From Octopus bimaculoides (Eukaryota), in assembly GCF_001194135.2 (NCBI RefSeq), contig NC_069002.1:31913846-31953902 (forward strand): a DNA stretch of 40,057 nt. Reading direction: 5' to 3'. This document shows, one piece after another, positions 34,493-40,057 of this stretch (the stretch's first letter is position 1; each line of letters begins with the position of its first letter). The notes beneath the pieces were generated by a model, which did not search any database, was not told the DNA's origin, and was given only the letters and a program-made list of their open reading frames with translations. The position numbers and the translations under genes are program-made.

Positions 34493-34867
34493 AGGTGCAG
34501 GTGTGGCTGTGTAGTAAGTAGCTTGCTTACCAACCACATGGTTCTAGGTTCAGTCCCATTGCGTGGCACCTTGTGCAAGTGTCTTCTACTATAGCCTCGG
34601 GCCGACCAAAGCCTTGTTAGTGGATTTGGTAGACGGAAACTGAAAGAAGCCTGTCGTATATATGTATGTGTGTGTATATGTTTGTCCCCCCAACTTTGCC
34701 TGACAACCGATGCTGGTGTGTTTACGACCCTGTAACTTAGCGGTTCGGCAAAACAGACCGATAGAATAAGTACTAGGCTTACAAAGAATAAGTCCTGGGG
34801 TCAATTTGCTTGACTAAAGGCGGTGCTCCAGCATGGCCGCAGTCAAATGACTGAAACAAGTAAAGGA

Positions 34868-34870
<3 letters not shown>
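34493..34870 (+). mobile_element. Full-length tRNA-derived SINE, family A
   Basis: A-box-like tggctgtgtag and B-box-like ggttcagtcc head, body ggatttggtagacggaaactgaaagaagcc, internal TA/TG tract, 3' end ccagcatggccgcagtcaaatgactgaaac. More than 12 related fragments occur in the window. Confidence 0.85.
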
Positions 34871-34922
<52 letters not shown>

Positions 34923-34930
34923 TACACACA

Positions 34931-35035
34931 ACAGGCTTCTTTCAGTATCCATCACCTAAATCCACTCACAAAGACTTAGCTTGAGATTAAATAAAACCAC
35001 TTGCCTAAGATGCTATGCAGTGGGACTGAACCCTT
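34931..35035 (-). mobile_element. SINE family A fragment, inverted next to the full copy
   Basis: aggcttctttcag...aaatccactcacaa...gtgggactgaaccc. Confidence 0.65.
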
Positions 35036-37189
35036 AGCCATGCTCTCTGTAAACATACACACGTAAAGTATCTATGTTATTATGTATAACAGTAAGTTTA
35101 TAGTACTGCACTAGTGCCCCGCACAAAGTATTTAGTCCTTCTGACTCTTAGGAAAACTGGTAACAAGAGACACTGAACATGTGTGATGACCCAGCTGGAC
35201 TAATGAAAGACAGCCTCCTCGCCATACACCACACTAAAAGAATGTACTGATATATCCACAATACAACACTTAACAGCTCACACTCTAGCCATGACCTCAA
35301 TATGTGTGCTTCACAACAGAACTTTCCAGAAATCTAAATACGAATTAAGCAGTCCTATTTCCTAAAGTGTTAATGGATTAGACAACAGATACTGCTAGTT
35401 GAGTTGGTTTCTGAATGCCACTCTACAATTCTGATAATGCTTTTTAAAAATTTATATTCCCTCGACTTTTTAATTAGTTCTTGCTAAGATAACAAGCTGT
35501 TTATTAATTGGTTTCTGCTTAACTAACAAGCTGTAATTTGATAGGTTTCTTTGTCATGGAGAGATCAAAACTCTGGCATTTCTCTTTCAACAAAAGGTTT
35601 GGCTTAAAATGCCAGGTTTTTACATATCCCTCTGCACTTGATTGTAGTTGCTGATGCAAGCTGGCACAAGATTTCCAATCCATAACTAGTTTGGTCTGGG
35701 CTAGAATCAATAACATCCAACAGAAATCTATTAACAGATTCTGGCAAACAGACAGAGACTTCATCTTCATCAACATCACCATGTTACCTCTGGGACTCCA
35801 TTATGTACAGCATAGGAGTCAAACCTCTATGTGGTTGTTTAGTGAACAAGAAATAGCAGCTAAATTTCATCCTAACATCACGAAGTCTTAAGTAAACCGC
35901 CTAAACAAATAGGACTGACCATGAAGAGAATCCTCCAATCACTGATAAGTCAGCTTGATTAGGGGCTGGCCTGGGGACAACAGTGTCACGCAGGGCCCAT
36001 ATTTTAACATAAATTTGTCAAGGACACCCAGTCCAGTGCCATAAAACAATGTGTAAAATCACAAGTCACTAGAAAGGTCACTGGTGCTCTCCCTCCCTCC
36101 AGAGAAGATTAAAAAAAAAAAAAAAAAAATCACACTCCCTCCCCCCTGCCCCTACTTAATTATACTATATGGTTACTCACTCCCATCACGAAATATATAA
36201 ATAATTGTTAACAGCAGCAATATGCCCAACAATATATTACTACTGAGAAACAACCCGCCCCCAAATCACCTCTCCAGTCTCTGTCCATACATTATATAAT
36301 TCAAGGCCGAAGCCAGGCATTGTTCAGAATTCGGTTAATAAATGCCGCATGCAAAAACATCTCCCCCTGTCTATTCACACACACATATCTATCTAAATAA
36401 TAGCAGCAGCTAACTATATTTTATATAAACATATTGTAATAACCAAGAACTGAGTGGTTTTGGCTCCAAGCCATAATTTTATCAAGTGATATTATATATA
36501 TATATCTCCACAGAGAAAGAGATAGAGAGGAGAAAGAAAAGTTTGTCAAATGCTGTGTTCAGAGGAAGGAAAATTAAATGTTGGTTAAAAAAAAGTTCCA
36601 ATTAGTATCAACCGTTTGACCGTTAGGTCATTGACACCATTTACAAGAATTACTAATTCCCATTTACGTTGGAAGGTTAGAATTAGAATTTAGCACAGAA
36701 CTTATCAAAAACTGGAAGCAGAATTTGCATATCACCACCTCTCCATTTTAAAAATAAAGAATGGATTTGTGTGTGTGTGAGTGAGCAAGCGAGAGAGTGT
36801 GCGCATGTGTGAGGTAAATCAGCAGTTACTACTGCATGTTGGTAACACGTGATGAACACATGCAATCAACAGTTGAACATTTATCATTAAGTCACTCTAC
36901 ACCAACATACTGACTCAATGCTACACTCCCACTCCACTAATTTAAAATGAGTGTTAGGTTTACGACCAAGTTAATTATCCAAGAGCCAATAGCTATGTCC
37001 ACCTCAAGTTTTCACCACTTCTAACCAACTGCAACGTGGTGTATGGCTATCACCATCAGTTTAAACGTGGTATTTCGAACTACTAAAAAACTTCAGCCAC
37101 ATAACTTTTAAATACTCAGTCTGAATAAGACAGCAAGGTCATGGACGGAACATCTTACACCATAGGTTTGTTTGTTGCATCAGGACTTG

Positions 37190-37806
37190 CCTAGGATAAA
37201 GCAACATGAATTTTGTGGGTCCCATATATGTTGAGAAGGTGAGGTTTCATAGGAATAAGGCTTAAGGAACAGTCCATAAGCCAACAAAGATTTTATGTTA
37301 GATGCACAATAAGATTAGACCCCTCAAAATTTAGACCATGTAGTTGTGATGTGATTAAAAAAAACAAAACTATACAGCCTTGTTTTTAATTATCAAATAA
37401 AACTGTCCATGGGATAGGGATAAACACTTTGCCCATCTTGTGTACCACATGTGATAAATAGGATATATTTCTCTGGCACCCATGTATCATATATGATGCA
37501 CATCAATCAAGAATAACTTGGGGTTTATGAAAAGGGAAAGCTTTTTAGCTCTCAGAAGAAAAGAATCAGCGGATGTTTGGGATAAATTTATTAAAAAGCT
37601 TTGGAGAGGCAAAAAGTGTTGATGAGTAGAAAGGTAACACAGGAAACACAAAAGACACCTAGGATAAAGCAACATGAATTTTGTGGGTCCCATATATGTT
37701 GAGAAGGTGAGGTTTCATAGGAATAAGACTTAAGGAACAGAGTCCTTAAGCCAACAAAAATTTTATGTTAGATGCACAATAAGATTAGACCCCTCAAAAT
37801 TTAGAC
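37190..37806. repeat. ~147-bp direct repeat pair (37190-37336 and 37658-37806)
   Basis: cctaggataaagcaacatgaattttgtggg...gacccctcaaaatttagac twice, with few substitutions and a 2-nt indel. Confidence 0.95.
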
Positions 37807-37808
37807 TA

Positions 37809-38028
37809 TAACTTCTAGCATTTAAACTGGCCATGTATCTGGTCAGATATCTTGTTTTATGTTTCAATGAGCCAAATTGGACCTCACACACCCACCTAGA
37901 GTTATTCTAACAATAACCAATCCCATCATTGAAAGATCAAAGTTATGAGACAATGTATGATTAATTCAAACTAATGTGGATAAACAAGGATTATATCTGA
38001 CAGAGTAATCTGAATGCTAAAAGATTAA
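37809..38028. mobile_element. Second copy of the TTAA-flanked MITE family
   Basis: Shares internal motifs (cattgaaa, gattaattc, aatctgaatgctaaa.g.ttaa) with 27449-27677. Confidence 0.55.
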
Positions 38029-38345
38029 AGTCACTAAATATAATTAATCTCATTTTTATTAATGTTTGTAAAATCTTTTACTGTTGTCTCTCGAGTCATT
38101 ATACCAATATTATTAACACAAGCACTGGTTCAGTTCCACTTCCTTATTAATAGTCTTTTACCTCAGTAACGAAAAGGTGATTAGTCATTGGCGGATTGTT
38201 TACAACGGTACTGGACTTTTACCAAAAGACCTGTAGAAACAGCTAAAAAAAGTTTGACAAATTCAACATATAGCACAAGTAATTTTACCATATGTTGTAA
38301 TTAGGTATTAAAAAAACCCCAGCTCGTTTGTTATAATTATAATGT

Positions 38346-38650
38346 CAGGTGTGACTGAATGGTAAGCAGTTTGCTTTTCAACTACATTGATCCAGGTTCA
38401 GTCCCACCGAGTGGCACTTTGGGAAATTGCCTTCTACTAGCTCTAGGTTGACCAAAGCTTTGTGAGTGGATTTGGCAGGTGGAAACACCATAGATGCCTG
38501 CCATATATCTATCTGTATCTTTGTGCTTGTCTCTCACCGTTGGTTTGCTTACATCCTTGTAACTTAGCACTTCATCAAAAGACAGACAGGATTAAAAGAA
38601 GAAAAAGTACTGGGGTCGATATGCTTGACTAAACCCTTCAAAGCAGTCTC
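38346..38650 (+). mobile_element. Degenerate SINE family A
   Basis: ggtaagcagtttgc...ggttcagtccc...gcttgtgagtggatttggc. Confidence 0.7.
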
Positions 38651-38881
38651 CCTAATGACCAAGACAAACCAGATAAGAGCCCACTTTACTATTTATTAGC
38701 CTGGGGTAGAATTAACCAATTGCCCTACTCTCTTAAAAAAAAAAAAAGCATTGTAAGTTCGAAATAAAGGTGATGCATCGAACAAAACAATCACGTGCAG
38801 TGTTTAGTTTATTGTGATGTTCTACATGCAAAACCTGCCAACCCACTAAATCTTTTCAATATATAGTTTAAATCCCAGCCA

Positions 38882-38929
<48 letters not shown>

Positions 38930-38949
38930 ATACATACATACACACAGAG

Positions 38950-39154
38950 GGTGGCCCAAAAGTAGGTTTACAGTTATTCAACTATCTCTTTTGCATTCAT
39001 ATATTAACAGTTTTGATCTTAATTATAAAAAAAAAAAAAAAAACCATTATTCTATGCTAATTTAGTTAACTGTAAGATAGAAATTTAAAATGTAATGTTT
39101 TAAAAGAAATTTAAAGTCCCTACATGATAACTCTAAACCTACTTTTGGGCCACC
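38950..39154. mobile_element. Tc1/mariner-type MITE
   Basis: 28-bp TIRs ggtggcccaaaagtaggtttacagttat / ataactctaaacctacttttgggccacc (1 mismatch). Confidence 0.85.
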
Positions 39155-40023
39155 ATATATATATACATATAAAACAAATAGTAAATGAGTACATGCATTA
39201 TATACGTACAAGTATGTACATACCTACGTCTACCTGTATATATAGGTGCATATCTGGGTACAGGACATTGCAAACAAAACGTGGACAAAATGATAAACAA
39301 AGTACAGAAAACACACAGGCCACATAGAGAACATTTTCCTTCATCAGCTACCCCCATTCTAACAGGCGTTTCGAAGAGTTAGGGCATATATATATATATA
39401 TATACATACATACATACAGACACACAATACTATGAAGCCAGATCTGTTTACCAATCACGTCACAAAGGAAAAATCTGGAACACTGAAGTTAAATATAAAA
39501 CACGTGCGCAATTAGCAGAGAAAAAACAAGGCTGACCGTAGGAAAGGAGCAAGGACAAAAGTAAGAGGGGGGGACTATACAGGGGGGAGGGGTCATATTG
39601 TGGGAATTGCTTTTCATGTTTATTAACCACGTCAACATGAACAACTCAGCAATCTTTTGACAACGGATGTTTATTTGGGGCATAACGAGAATCGCACATC
39701 AACCAAGTTTATACTAGCTTTATTTTATACACACCCACATTACACACACGTGTATGTTGTGTAACGATTGATACACAAACTAGTTGAACATGAAACTTGA
39801 AGGATAGTAAATTTGAAGGGGTACCAAATTTATAAACTTTTGGCAAAAAGAAATCCACAGTGACTTTCAGAGTTTCGGCTTACGTCAGTTTCATGACGGT
39901 TCGTAAGGCGAAACACCGAGGTCACTATCAACTTTTTCTTTAAATACATACACACACACGGGTGGCACAAAAGTCTCACATCAGTAAAATATGAGCATTT
40001 ATCACATTTGCCCACCCCCTGTA

Positions 40024-40057
<34 letters not shown>

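Noticed and set aside
35519-35891. Overlapping non-repetitive ORFs (87 aa minus, 66 aa plus)
   Set aside because: No motif recognised and no splice support; cannot be assigned without a database search.

Overview
AT-rich, microsatellite-dense eukaryotic genomic DNA from a gapped draft assembly. The repeat landscape looks like a cephalopod, probably Octopus (my inference from the repeats). The only host gene I can support is an H-type (soma-like) ferritin on the minus strand. Three canonical GT-AG exons are visible (28386-28240, 27246-27121, 25933-25796); exon 1 and any IRE are not found in the called bases. A decayed, transposon-interrupted copy of the last exon plus 3'UTR lies just upstream of exon 2. 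The rest is mobile DNA: at least four SINE-like families, Tc1/mariner and Penelope-like relics, several MITEs (one nested) and long fold-back hairpins. The most interesting signal is a set of five type I hammerhead-ribozyme-like folds with palindromic stem III, as in Penelope-associated hammerheads. One has an intact core and a 105-nt extended stem II; another sits at the tip of a ~390-bp rod-like inverted-repeat element. Almost all ORFs in the track are microsatellite translations. Repeat boundaries were set by eye and are approximate.
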